DNA of 64,000 bases from an uncultured bacterium. GTDB taxonomy: Bacteria > Macinerneyibacteriota > Macinerneyibacteria > Macinerneyibacteriales > DSCS01. The translations under genes were made by a program, and so were the position numbers. The stretch covers positions 32,001-96,000 of the forward strand of contig CAZJQC010000002.1 of the NCBI GenBank assembly GCA_964548195.1. The letters run 5' to 3'. Below the pieces are notes generated by a model. The model did not search any database, was not told the DNA's origin, and worked only from the letters and a program-made list of their open reading frames with translations. Shown here in pieces: positions 8,732-17,754 of this stretch. Within the stretch, counting starts at the first letter, position 1, and every line of letters begins with the position of its first letter.

Positions 8732-9659
8732 TTACCTCCTCAAACATATTTATGTCGATCATTGAAATATCTTCAAGATATTCCTTAATATGGTATTCGT
8801 TTTTCATTTTTTCCAGCTTCTTCAGCGATGTTGAAATGGCTTCCGCGGCCTTCTCTATCCGCTCTATGTTCTTTTGGACGACATCGTTTGCCTGTTCGCC
8901 GGCGAGCTCGTTCCTTATAAAATACAATGCCCCCTTTATTACCGCCAGCGGGTTGTTTATCTCATGGTTTATTCCCACTATAAGCTGGCTGATCATCTTT
9001 ATCTTTTCAGTGTTTTGGGCAAATATATTGACCGCTCCTATTTTAGGCTCAAATAATATATTCAAGTCATCCCTGTTTTCATTTATTTGCATGTATTTTC
9101 GTTTTTCAAAAGCGGCGGATATCATAAAAGCCAGAATAAAAGCCAATTGCCTTTCGGTTTTCCTGAGTTTCACACCCGATTTCAGTATCAAGGCAAAGAA
9201 ACCAATAATAATGTTTTCGAGAAATACGGGTATTACCATGATGTCTTTTCCGTCCTCGACAAATGTGGAACAGCTGTTGGCCTCCAGTTCGTCCAAACGG
9301 GAATTTATGATCATGTCCTTAAGCTTTTTCATCCGTGTTTCGGTCCAGCCGTCGGGAAGCGCATTGTGTTCAACACGTTCGTTGTCGGCATACATCACCG
9401 AGTCAGCCGGAAACATGGCATTCAGGGAATTGAGTATAAAAGCTATGTCCAGCGGCGAACCTTCCCGCGGAACACGGAACAGATGCTGATAGATAAGCAC
9501 CATCCTGGAGGTTATCGTATTGAAGGATTTTACCCCCCGCATCGATGACATCATCAGATCGACCAATTCCGAACTATCCAGCATGTCTATGTCAACAGGC
9601 TCTTCGAGAAATCCGTTTGCCGACATCTCGCGTGCGATCTGCTTCAGGCGTTCATTCAT
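8721..9659 (-). CDS. GAF-like sensor + HisKA (DHp) protein lacking a HATPase_c domain
   Basis: GAF-like IMVIPVFLENIIIGFF; H-box GINHEINNPLAVIKG; ends about 65 aa later with no N/G1/F/G2 boxes; ATGA overlap with coaBC stop. Confidence 0.8.
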   Translation of the reverse strand: MNERLKQIAREMSANGFLEEPVDIDMLDSSELVDLMMSSMRGVKSFNTITSRMVLIYQHLFRVPREGSPLDIAFILNSLNAMFPADSVMYADNERVEHNALPDGWTETRMKKLKDMIINSRLDELEANSCSTFVEDGKDIMVIPVFLENIIIGFFALILKSGVKLRKTERQLAFILAFMISAAFEKRKYMQINENRDDLNILFEPKIGAVNIFAQNTEKIKMISQLIVGINHEINNPLAVIKGALYFIRNELAGEQANDVVQKNIERIEKAAEAISTSLKKLEKMKNEYHIKEYLEDISMIDINMFEEVNDD

Positions 9660-10876
9660 TCTCCCGAACACTCCCCCTCAAATCTCAATTTTCCGGCCAT
9701 ATAGTCACATATCAGTTCAGCGATGGCTCTTTTACTCTTCAGTCCGGTATTGTATGTGCCTTTTTCATCCACAAAAAGGCATCTGTTGTCGTCCGATCCG
9801 AACCCTGCATCTGTCTCCGATATATTATTGGCGACGATCATCTTAAAACCTTTTTTATGCAATTTTGCCCTGGCATTCTTCAACAATTCCTCGGATTCCG
9901 CCGCAAACCCTATGATATCGACATCGTACGAATCTCTGACGGACATGGCAATATCCCTTGTCCGTTCGGTGCGTATGACAAGTCCGGCATCGCCCTTCTT
10001 TATCTTGGCGTCTGAAAAAACATCGGGCCTGTAGTCGGACACGGCCGCCGCCATGACAATAAAATCATATCCCCCTTTGTCGAGAAGCGCCTTAACCGAC
10101 GCCCACATCGCCTCGGACGTGGATACCGCAGCCTGATATACGACATCTGATTTCACTGAGCCCTCGCCGCTCACAAGCGAGACATCGGCGCCTCTGCGCC
10201 AGGCGGCCTCGGCGATGCTCACGCCCATTTTCCCTGACGACCGGTTCGTGATATAGCGTACAGGGTCTATCAGTTCCTTTGTCGCGCCGGCAGTGACCAG
10301 TATCCGTTTTCCCCGAAGGTCGTCGGGAGACAGATATCTGTCGCATTGTTTCTTTATATATTCAGGTTCGGGCAGACGCCCTCTTCCGTCAACCCCGCAG
10401 GCAAGTTCGCCTTTATCCGGTTCAAAGACATGGTAGCCGAACGAGGCAAGCCTTTGCATGTTCATGGATGTGGCGGGATTTTCATACATATTGACATTCA
10501 TGGCGGGAAATATCAGCTTGGGGGTGCCGGGTTTTAATGCCATGACTGTAGTGGTAAGTACATCATCGGCGATGCCCGAGGCTATTTTGCCTATGAAGTT
10601 CGCAGTAGCGGGCGCGCACACAAACAAATCGGTCTGATCGGCAAGAGAAATATGTTCCATGGTGCCATATGATGCCGCCGCCTTTTCAAAGGTGTCGCAG
10701 ACCACCGGATTTCCGGTGAGGGTCTCAAATGTCAGCGGGGCGACAAATCTCATTGCATTGGCAGTCATCACGGCTATGACATTATAACCGGCCTTTACCA
10801 GGAGTCTCACCAGAGAGGCGGTCTTATAGACGGCTATTCCTCCGGTGATACCGACGAGAACAGTCTTTTTTTTCAT
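9656..10876 (-). CDS. coaBC: Bifunctional phosphopantothenoylcysteine decarboxylase/synthase
   Basis: GITGGIAVYK, EHISLA, APATAN, PAMNVNM, LACG, TAGATKELIDPVRYITNRSSGKMG, AAAVSDY, GFAAE. Confidence 0.97.
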   Translation of the reverse strand: MKKKTVLVGITGGIAVYKTASLVRLLVKAGYNVIAVMTANAMRFVAPLTFETLTGNPVVCDTFEKAAASYGTMEHISLADQTDLFVCAPATANFIGKIASGIADDVLTTTVMALKPGTPKLIFPAMNVNMYENPATSMNMQRLASFGYHVFEPDKGELACGVDGRGRLPEPEYIKKQCDRYLSPDDLRGKRILVTAGATKELIDPVRYITNRSSGKMGVSIAEAAWRRGADVSLVSGEGSVKSDVVYQAAVSTSEAMWASVKALLDKGGYDFIVMAAAVSDYRPDVFSDAKIKKGDAGLVIRTERTRDIAMSVRDSYDVDIIGFAAESEELLKNARAKLHKKGFKMIVANNISETDAGFGSDDNRCLFVDEKGTYNTGLKSKRAIAELICDYMAGKLRFEGECSGE

Positions 10877-12621
10877 CTTTTACCTCCCGAGGGCGTGTCA
10901 TAATAACACATGCCGAAGCGGTAAGCGTTGTCCTCAGCCTTAAACATCAGCACAGCGTAATTACGTCCCAGCCTTTTGTTACTATACCTTTTCGGCAGTT
11001 CAATTTCAAGTGTTCCTTTTGCGGGAACGGTTTCTTCCTTAAAAGCGCATTCGGGCCACTGACCGGGGTAAAAAGAGACGTCTTCTATGCGGCAGGACGC
11101 ATCGGAGATGTTTTGAATGGAAAACAGTATCTTGTTTCCATCAGTACGCGAACTCACTTTCAACGGGAACCCGCCGTCGATTTTCGACATTATGTGCCCC
11201 GCGGCGAACAGCCACTCCTCCGAGTAATGAGGTAGTATTCTTCCGTTAAAGGTCCTTATCAGGTCATGCAGGAATATGCCGGCAAAGTTGCCGTTCTCAG
11301 CCAGCACATCGATATTGGCATCATATCTGCGTATCATCTCTTCAGGGCCTGAAAAGTCGCCATCTTCAGCATCATTAAGGACTACATCCGCTTCCTGCCC
11401 CGCGACTATCGGCAAGCCCCGCACATCGTCCAGGTAATCTCGCCAGCTTTCCATCATGGAATCATGTTCCCGGTATGTGGCTTCATAGAACATCACAAAT
11501 ATCAGATCCGCGCCGGCATCATTGAACATTATCGGATCCTGCCCGTGTGAGTGCCCCTGATCCCATCCGAGAGTAAAGACCCAGATCGGTTTTTTCACCG
11601 ATTTTCTGACAGTCTTTATGACACGAGCGCTTTTATAGGCCCGGTAGTATCGCCATTTTTCCCTCAGATATGGTATGTCTCCCGCTCTCACATGAGAGCC
11701 CAGGAAAAACATCTTTTCCTTGTTTCCCGTGCCATGCACAGCGATGCCGAAAAGTTCGGAAAACTCTTCCCAGTTTTCGAACCCTCCCGATCCGGCACGT
11801 ATATAGTCGAGACCTATCCAGTCCAGCCCCTCATCCCCGTCCATCTCCCTCGCGAGAGCGACGATGTCAGCTATCCTTGAACTGTCGTCGATAGATACAA
11901 AACTGTCTCTGAACAACCTTTCCCCCTCGTTGTCAACGGTACGAGAAAACTCATACCCGTCAAGGTCGCCCGTTTGGCCTCCGAAACAGAGAAACGCTCC
12001 TAAATAGCCTCCCGTAAGATAACCCGGGAATCTGCCGGCAAACCAGCGCCACGAGTCATACGGAGCTTTTATCCAGGGAGAGCCGCTGGATACCGAGGGA
12101 TCCCGTGTGTTTGTCTGCCCTGTCAAAAAAAAGATACCGTCGAAACCGACGAAATCCATCCATCTTTTTATATTGCCGAACGAAGTCTCGCTTTCATTGA
12201 GAAAATCAGTTTTCAGGTTTGAATAACTGCCACCGTTTTCAACAGTCCATATCTTGTACGGCCCGCCGCTCAGATCGTTTTGCCGGCCCGCAAAATAGAT
12301 CGTCCTGTATTCCGGCTCGCCCCCTTCTCTGTGAAAACGGACCTCATATTTGCCGACAGGCGGCTTGAAACCCATGGGCACAAACACCTTATAAAGCCCA
12401 TTCTCCGTCTCTCTGAAATAAAACTTGTCGGTATCCGGAAAAGGCCTGAAAAGGCTGCCTTCAAAATATAATTCGGCATGATCAAATCTTTCATCCGTTA
12501 CGATGACCGGGATATCGGCTCTGTCATATATCGGTTTATCAAAAAAAATCGACCCGAAAACCGGGTCGACCAGGATAAAGATCAATATCGCCCGAAAAAT
12601 GGCTTTATTTCTCTTCAACAT
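10873..12621 (-). CDS. Secreted hypothetical protein with probable glycoside-hydrolase-like TIM barrel
   Basis: N-terminal signal/TM segment; DWIGLDYIR, HGQDP..F..AGAD...VMFY resemble GH-like barrels; function tentative. Confidence 0.5.
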   Translation of the reverse strand: MLKRNKAIFRAILIFILVDPVFGSIFFDKPIYDRADIPVIVTDERFDHAELYFEGSLFRPFPDTDKFYFRETENGLYKVFVPMGFKPPVGKYEVRFHREGGEPEYRTIYFAGRQNDLSGGPYKIWTVENGGSYSNLKTDFLNESETSFGNIKRWMDFVGFDGIFFLTGQTNTRDPSVSSGSPWIKAPYDSWRWFAGRFPGYLTGGYLGAFLCFGGQTGDLDGYEFSRTVDNEGERLFRDSFVSIDDSSRIADIVALAREMDGDEGLDWIGLDYIRAGSGGFENWEEFSELFGIAVHGTGNKEKMFFLGSHVRAGDIPYLREKWRYYRAYKSARVIKTVRKSVKKPIWVFTLGWDQGHSHGQDPIMFNDAGADLIFVMFYEATYREHDSMMESWRDYLDDVRGLPIVAGQEADVVLNDAEDGDFSGPEEMIRRYDANIDVLAENGNFAGIFLHDLIRTFNGRILPHYSEEWLFAAGHIMSKIDGGFPLKVSSRTDGNKILFSIQNISDASCRIEDVSFYPGQWPECAFKEETVPAKGTLEIELPKRYSNKRLGRNYAVLMFKAEDNAYRFGMCYYDTPSGGKR

Positions 12622-12823
12622 TGGTGTTATTCCCTGATGGCAGTTTCGAGTCGGTTTTTATACTTTCCCTGATCTCATCGAATTCACGCCCCAGATTGAC
12701 CAGGTCCTGCTCAATGTGAGTAATATCCTGCTCGATCATGGTTATATCCCTTATAAGGTACTCAAGGCGCTCCTGGAACTCCGTATTGTTCTTAATAAGT
12801 CTGTTTTTCAGTTCCTTTTTCAT
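12605..12823 (-). CDS. 72-aa coiled-coil microprotein, paralog of 8552-8731
   Basis: MKKELKNRLIKNNTEFQERLEYLIRDITMIEQDITHIEQDLVNLGREFDEIRE; GGAGG RBS; regular heptads. Confidence 0.75.
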   Translation of the reverse strand: MKKELKNRLIKNNTEFQERLEYLIRDITMIEQDITHIEQDLVNLGREFDEIRESIKTDSKLPSGNNTNVEEK

Positions 12824-12824
12824 G

Positions 12825-13508
12825 TCAACCTCCCAGACAATCAAGTATTATCCTGTCGATCACAGCCGGTCTGACTCTGTCAATATTTATGATGATATCA
12901 TAGAGTTCCGGAGAGTCAACCTTCTTGCCGTAAAAATAGTCTATATAATCGTGTCTTCTTTTCTCAATTTTTTTTATCCTGTCAGCCGCATCCTGGCTGC
13001 TCAGCCCTTCGCGCGACATGACACGGCTTATTTTCATACCCTCTTCCCCCTCGAATCTTATGTTAAGCACATCCGGGCGGTCCTTCAGTATTATCTGAGC
13101 CCCACGCCCTATTATGATCACATTGTCTTTTTCATAAATATCGTTGATGACTCTTTTCATAAGTTCAAGATAGGAAGTTTTGCTGCGTCCGGTTTCCGGC
13201 TGGTCGTATTCTCCGGAAGCCGGGAAAAAAAGCGGAAAAAACACGGGGGCGTCAAGTTGCGAGCCTGTGACCATGACCGATGACCCTTCCGTTATCGTAT
13301 TCAGTATTTCACTCAGGAATATCTTGAATGAACTGAATGTGTCCATGGAATAGATGTCCCTTACCTTATCAATGGGCTGGCCGATGCTCTTTGCGACCTC
13401 GGACAATATTTCCTGGGAAAACACGTCATAACCGTTCTTTTCAGCAAACTCGTTCATATGCTCTTCGATATACAGGCCATAAGCCCTTGAAACAGTTATT
13501 ACCGCCAT
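12825..13508 (-). CDS. Cytidylate kinase-like family protein
   Basis: VITVSRAYG, VIIIGRGAQIILKD, RRHDYIDYFYG..DSPELYDIIIN. Confidence 0.85.
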   Translation of the reverse strand: MAVITVSRAYGLYIEEHMNEFAEKNGYDVFSQEILSEVAKSIGQPIDKVRDIYSMDTFSSFKIFLSEILNTITEGSSVMVTGSQLDAPVFFPLFFPASGEYDQPETGRSKTSYLELMKRVINDIYEKDNVIIIGRGAQIILKDRPDVLNIRFEGEEGMKISRVMSREGLSSQDAADRIKKIEKRRHDYIDYFYGKKVDSPELYDIIINIDRVRPAVIDRIILDCLGG

Positions 13509-13512
13509 ATTG

Positions 13513-14520
13513 TCACCTTTCCGCGGTGGACTTTCCCGCAAGCTGTCCGCATGCCGCAGATATATCCCCGCCTTTGCTGTCTCTTACACTGTAAAACACG
13601 CCGGAATTCTTGAACAGCGCGATAAACTCCTCGGTCTCATCTCTTTCCGCCCTCTGAAAATCGGCGGCCGGGTGTTCGTTATAAGGTATGAAATTGATCT
13701 TGGCCCCGGTTCTCCTGGAAATATCTATCAGCCTTGCCGCCTCAAGACGGTTCATGTTCACACCCTTCAGGAGCACATATTCAAGTGTGATGTCTCCGTT
13801 CACGGTACGTGCATAGTGCTGAACAGCCTCCGTCACGTCCGACAAGGGATACACACGGTTTATGGGTATTATGGATGAACGCACATGGTCCAGCGTACTG
13901 TGCAGCGACCAGGAAAGTCCAAACTGTTTTTTCATCGCGGCCAGCCCGTAAATACCCTCGGGTATTCCAACCGTTGAGACCGTTATCCGTCTGGCGCCGA
14001 AAGACATATGCTTGCTGTCATTCAGGAAAAAAAGCGCTTTTTTCAGGTTCTCAAAATTATCCAGCGGTTCGCCCATGCCCATGAAGACTATATTCGTCAC
14101 ATCGTCAAAAAAAATGATCTGCCCTATTATCTCAGATACCTTCAGATTGCGGGAAAAACCCATCGCGCCGGTCGCGCAGAACGAACAGTTCATCCGGCAG
14201 CCGGCCTGGGTGGAAACGCACAATGTCCGCCTCTTGTCATAGACCATGTCAACCGTCTCCACAGACTTGCCGTCCTCCGTCCCGAAAAGTATTTTTCGGG
14301 TACTGCCGTCGGCAGAGACACTTTCGGAAAGAGGCGATAAGGCAGCGACCGCCCACTTGTCCGCAAGGGCGTTTCGCATGGAAAGTGACATGTCGGTCAT
14401 GCGGGAAAAATCATCAGTGTTTTTCCTGAACACCCACCGCATGACCTGCGCGTAGCGGTATCCGCGGTCGAGGGAAGCCTTAAATCCTTCCGGATCATCT
14501 AAAATATTCTTTTTTTTCAT
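13513..14520 (-). CDS. rlmN: Dual-specificity RNA methyltransferase RlmN
   Basis: CVSTQAGCRMNCSFCATG, VFMGMGEP, ITVST, SLHS, EYVLLKGVN, DISAACGQL. Confidence 0.96.
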   Translation of the reverse strand: MKKKNILDDPEGFKASLDRGYRYAQVMRWVFRKNTDDFSRMTDMSLSMRNALADKWAVAALSPLSESVSADGSTRKILFGTEDGKSVETVDMVYDKRRTLCVSTQAGCRMNCSFCATGAMGFSRNLKVSEIIGQIIFFDDVTNIVFMGMGEPLDNFENLKKALFFLNDSKHMSFGARRITVSTVGIPEGIYGLAAMKKQFGLSWSLHSTLDHVRSSIIPINRVYPLSDVTEAVQHYARTVNGDITLEYVLLKGVNMNRLEAARLIDISRRTGAKINFIPYNEHPAADFQRAERDETEEFIALFKNSGVFYSVRDSKGGDISAACGQLAGKSTAER

Positions 14521-14521
14521 A

Positions 14522-16168
14522 TCAGCGTTCATATGCATTCTTCATTCTTATGATCTCGCCGTCAAGTTTTTTTAAAAATGTCGCCTGTTCCTCGCCTGAA
14601 TAAGGCAATGCCCCTATCAGGAGATTGACGCGGTGAAAATTGCCCTTCTCATCGCTCAATACCGTGTTTTCCATCCTCTCCAGTATCCTGTCAGCTACGG
14701 TCTTCAGGAACTCCTCGGACGTGTCCTCAAGTATTACTATAAAATTGTCACCCTCATGCCTGAATATCATATCCGTTGGCCGCAGTGTCTCTTCCAGCAC
14801 ATTGGCGACCTTGCGAAGTATCTCATCCCCGGTGAGGGCGCCAAAGGTCTCGTTTATGTAGCTGAACTTTTCCACATCTATCATCAACGCAGAGAAAATC
14901 CTCTGTTTTCTCTTAAAACGGCTGATAAATGTGTCCATGGTGGCCTTGAGATAGTTGCTGTTATACGTCCCCGTAAGTATATCTGTTATTGAAAGCATCT
15001 TAAGGTTCTTGTTCTGATTGATCACGTAATCGACGGTCTCTTTCATACGGACCTGATTATATATGCGCTTGGTAAGTTCTTCGGGTATAAAGGGAGTCTT
15101 TACAAAATCGTCCGCGTATGTGTTCAGGCCGTACATCAGCTCGTCATAATCGCCGGGGCCCGCTATGACGATCACAGGAACATAACTTTCGCCGCCGCGG
15201 TTTTTTATGCATTTCTCAATATCCTCCCGTTTTTTCCGCGACCCTATGTCGCACAATATAAAATCGATGTCGCCCGAATCCATGATGCGCTGCCCCTCGG
15301 CACAATTGGATGTGGTTATTATGTCATACCCCTCAAAAGCCATGATATACTTGACCACATGCGCCATTACCGGGTATATGGAAAAATACATGCCTGTCTT
15401 GTATTTTTTTTCCTTGATAGAATTGATGATGTCTGAAACGTACCATAGAAACTCGCCTGATTTATTTGTTTTAAGCCTGAAATCGACAATCCCTGACATC
15501 ACGCCCTTCTTTTTAAGTTCCGCGTCGATATTGTCGGAGAGTATGATGACCGGGATATCCATTGTGCGTTTATTGGCCCTGAGAGCGCGGGCGGTCTCAT
15601 AAATATCCGGGGAATCGAGCTCATCGTTAAGGATGATAAGGTCAGGCTTTTCGGAAACGGCAGCTTCCAGCGAAGCCTTTCCCGAGGAGGATTCCAAAAC
15701 ATTGAAGTTTCCGCCCTTCAGTTCATAAACGTTTTTTTTCAGCCTGAAGGGGTCAGCATCCGCGATGAGTATCTTGGCGGGGTTACTCGCTTCCCAAAGG
15801 CCGTCAAATTTTTTTATATGGTTCAAAAGCGATTTCTCGTCAATATTTTTTGGCAGCAACAGGTTTATCCCCTTATCCTCGGCAGATTCAAGTGTTTTCA
15901 GGCTTATTTCCGTGATCAGGCCGATTGCCGGGGCATTGATGCCTATTTCATTTTTAAGTTTTGAGATCAAATCGAATCCACGTCCTTTTCCCCCCGCGTC
16001 CTCGTCCGCGATGACAAGGTCGATATTGTTCTTGAACTTCAACGCGAAATCGCAAGCTTCTTCGGAATCGACAAAACCCGAGGCAAAGAGATCATATCTC
16101 AAAAGTATGTTTGAGAGCGCCTTAATGAAATACTCATTTTCGTGGACACATAAAATGTTCTTTATCAT
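14522..16168 (-). CDS. Triple receiver-domain protein with degenerate GGDEF domain
   Basis: REC repeats (DLVIADE; PDLIILND; DFILCDI), DILTGTYN, LMIDVEKFSYINETFG..GD..L, RPTDMIFRHEGDNF. Confidence 0.85.
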   Translation of the reverse strand: MIKNILCVHENEYFIKALSNILLRYDLFASGFVDSEEACDFALKFKNNIDLVIADEDAGGKGRGFDLISKLKNEIGINAPAIGLITEISLKTLESAEDKGINLLLPKNIDEKSLLNHIKKFDGLWEASNPAKILIADADPFRLKKNVYELKGGNFNVLESSSGKASLEAAVSEKPDLIILNDELDSPDIYETARALRANKRTMDIPVIILSDNIDAELKKKGVMSGIVDFRLKTNKSGEFLWYVSDIINSIKEKKYKTGMYFSIYPVMAHVVKYIMAFEGYDIITTSNCAEGQRIMDSGDIDFILCDIGSRKKREDIEKCIKNRGGESYVPVIVIAGPGDYDELMYGLNTYADDFVKTPFIPEELTKRIYNQVRMKETVDYVINQNKNLKMLSITDILTGTYNSNYLKATMDTFISRFKRKQRIFSALMIDVEKFSYINETFGALTGDEILRKVANVLEETLRPTDMIFRHEGDNFIVILEDTSEEFLKTVADRILERMENTVLSDEKGNFHRVNLLIGALPYSGEEQATFLKKLDGEIIRMKNAYER

Positions 16169-16185
16169 GCAGCCCCCTTTTTAAT

Positions 16186-16214
16186 ATTATATGGTTTTAA
16201 CGGCATACTATCAA
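16186..16214 (-). promoter_or_regulatory. Sigma70-type promoter heading the 16168-5528 gene run
   Basis: TTGATA (16214-16209), N17, TATAAT (16191-16186). Confidence 0.75.
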
Positions 16215-16219
16215 TGCAA

Positions 16220-17020
16220 TCACTGACCGATATTAAATTCTATCTTGTTATATTTACAATCCTTTTTGTATTCCCGTTTCATCTCATTGAAATAATCGCC
16301 GTTATTTAGATATCTTGTCTTGTATCGTATGAACATCTCGGGCTCCATGATCTTTATTATATCAAAAAGGTGCTTCTTTACCGTATTTGAGTTCCATTTA
16401 GGACTGCTTACCCTTATAAAATCGACTTCGTCTATAAACACGTTTATCAGGCTTTTTAAAGGCGTTATTTCCGGCAAAAACGGGTCGACGTTCAAAAAGG
16501 TGCGTATCCCGTTGTCTTTTAGATTATATATAAGTTCTATGCGGTCATCGCTGCTGGGGAGTCCGTTTTCTATCAGACTCACATGCGCATCATTCATGCT
16601 GAACAATGAGACCCCCACCTCGACATCTTTCATGCCCTTGATAATATCAAGGTCCCGGAGAATCAGATCCGAATGGGTGATTATACGCAGTCGCACGTCT
16701 TTTTCACTGATAGCCTTAAGCGATTCTCGGGTAATCTTGTATTTTTTTTCAAGCGGCTGGTATGGGTCGGATAGTGAAGACAAGTAGAGTTTTTTCCCGG
16801 GAGAGAAGCGTTTCTTCGCCAACTGCGCCGGCAGCAGATTACGCACCTCCACACAGCCGCCCCAGTCAAAATCGGGATATGCCATACGCATGGGTATTTT
16901 TGAGGAACAATGGCCGCAACCGTACTCGCATCCCTTATAGGGGTTGATAAGAAGATACCGTTCACCGTTAAAATTTGCCGAAGCTAAAGCCGTCTCGCCG
17001 TGGTTCTCGATAACCCTCAT
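16220..17020 (-). CDS. Radical SAM protein, SplB/spore photoproduct lyase-like family
   Basis: INPYKGCEYGCGHC, SSLSDPYQPLE..ITR, ITHSDLILRD. Confidence 0.85.
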   Translation of the reverse strand: MRVIENHGETALASANFNGERYLLINPYKGCEYGCGHCSSKIPMRMAYPDFDWGGCVEVRNLLPAQLAKKRFSPGKKLYLSSLSDPYQPLEKKYKITRESLKAISEKDVRLRIITHSDLILRDLDIIKGMKDVEVGVSLFSMNDAHVSLIENGLPSSDDRIELIYNLKDNGIRTFLNVDPFLPEITPLKSLINVFIDEVDFIRVSSPKWNSNTVKKHLFDIIKIMEPEMFIRYKTRYLNNGDYFNEMKREYKKDCKYNKIEFNIGQ

Positions 17021-17754
17021 ATGGTCATCCCCGATATCGCATTATGTATTTTCTTCAAATGCTGGCTCTCAACAAATATGATGTCCGGGTCATCCAGACT
17101 CAAAGCGAGATGAGCCGTATTGTCCTCTTCATCCGTTATGGTGAATATCCACATATTGCCCGGACGGCCGCCACTGACCGTTTTGATCTCATCCACAAGT
17201 CCGGAATCTTCCGGCTCAAATTTTTTAAAATCGGAAACAGGGTATATCACCACAGGATCGATCTCAAAATCAATGGGTATCCAGTAAACAAACTGTATGC
17301 CTATAATATTTTCAATATCGGAAATAAAAGATTCTTCCTGGGTCGATTCTTCGCCGTCCCTGATGCGGAGGGTGATCTCAAGAGCAGTCTCCGCTGCGGA
17401 CTTCATCCGCCGCAGTCCACGCTTTTCAAGAACCGTCTCCGTCAACATCGAAAACACATCCAACAAATCAGTCTCCTGTCCCGCTATTTTAAATGTATCT
17501 CCGTTGTATAGAATATCAAGTCTGCTCGTCTCATTATTAATGACGATCGCAGGGCTGCCGCCATCTTTGAATATTTCAAAATCAAAGAGCATGCCAAGAA
17601 AATCTGAAAACAGTCTTTGTATTTCCTCCAAAGACAGATCATCGGCGGCAAGTATCATATCCGTGAAATCAGCGTATATATCAGGAAATATACGGGCTTT
17701 GTCGCCTTCCCATGAGGCTATTTTGGCCCTTATGCCATCAAGATCCGGCATCAT
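17017..17754 (-). CDS. Acidic hypothetical protein
   Basis: 245-aa ORF with 4-nt overlaps at both ends; no motif recognised. Confidence 0.7.
   Translation of the reverse strand: MMPDLDGIRAKIASWEGDKARIFPDIYADFTDMILAADDLSLEEIQRLFSDFLGMLFDFEIFKDGGSPAIVINNETSRLDILYNGDTFKIAGQETDLLDVFSMLTETVLEKRGLRRMKSAAETALEITLRIRDGEESTQEESFISDIENIIGIQFVYWIPIDFEIDPVVIYPVSDFKKFEPEDSGLVDEIKTVSGGRPGNMWIFTITDEEDNTAHLALSLDDPDIIFVESQHLKKIHNAISGMTI

Noticed and set aside
8752..9489. 245-aa hydrophobic plus-strand ORF
   Set aside because: Antisense to the Lys/Glu-rich HisKA gene; Phe/Ser richness is a complement artefact
10873..16168. Pel-like exopolysaccharide locus (degenerate GGDEF plus hydrolase)
   Set aside because: No glycosyltransferase, flippase or export genes nearby
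14500..17750. Visibly AT-richer stretch as a genomic island
   Set aside because: No integrase, transposase, tRNA or flanking repeats; genes are coupled to core genes; GC not computed
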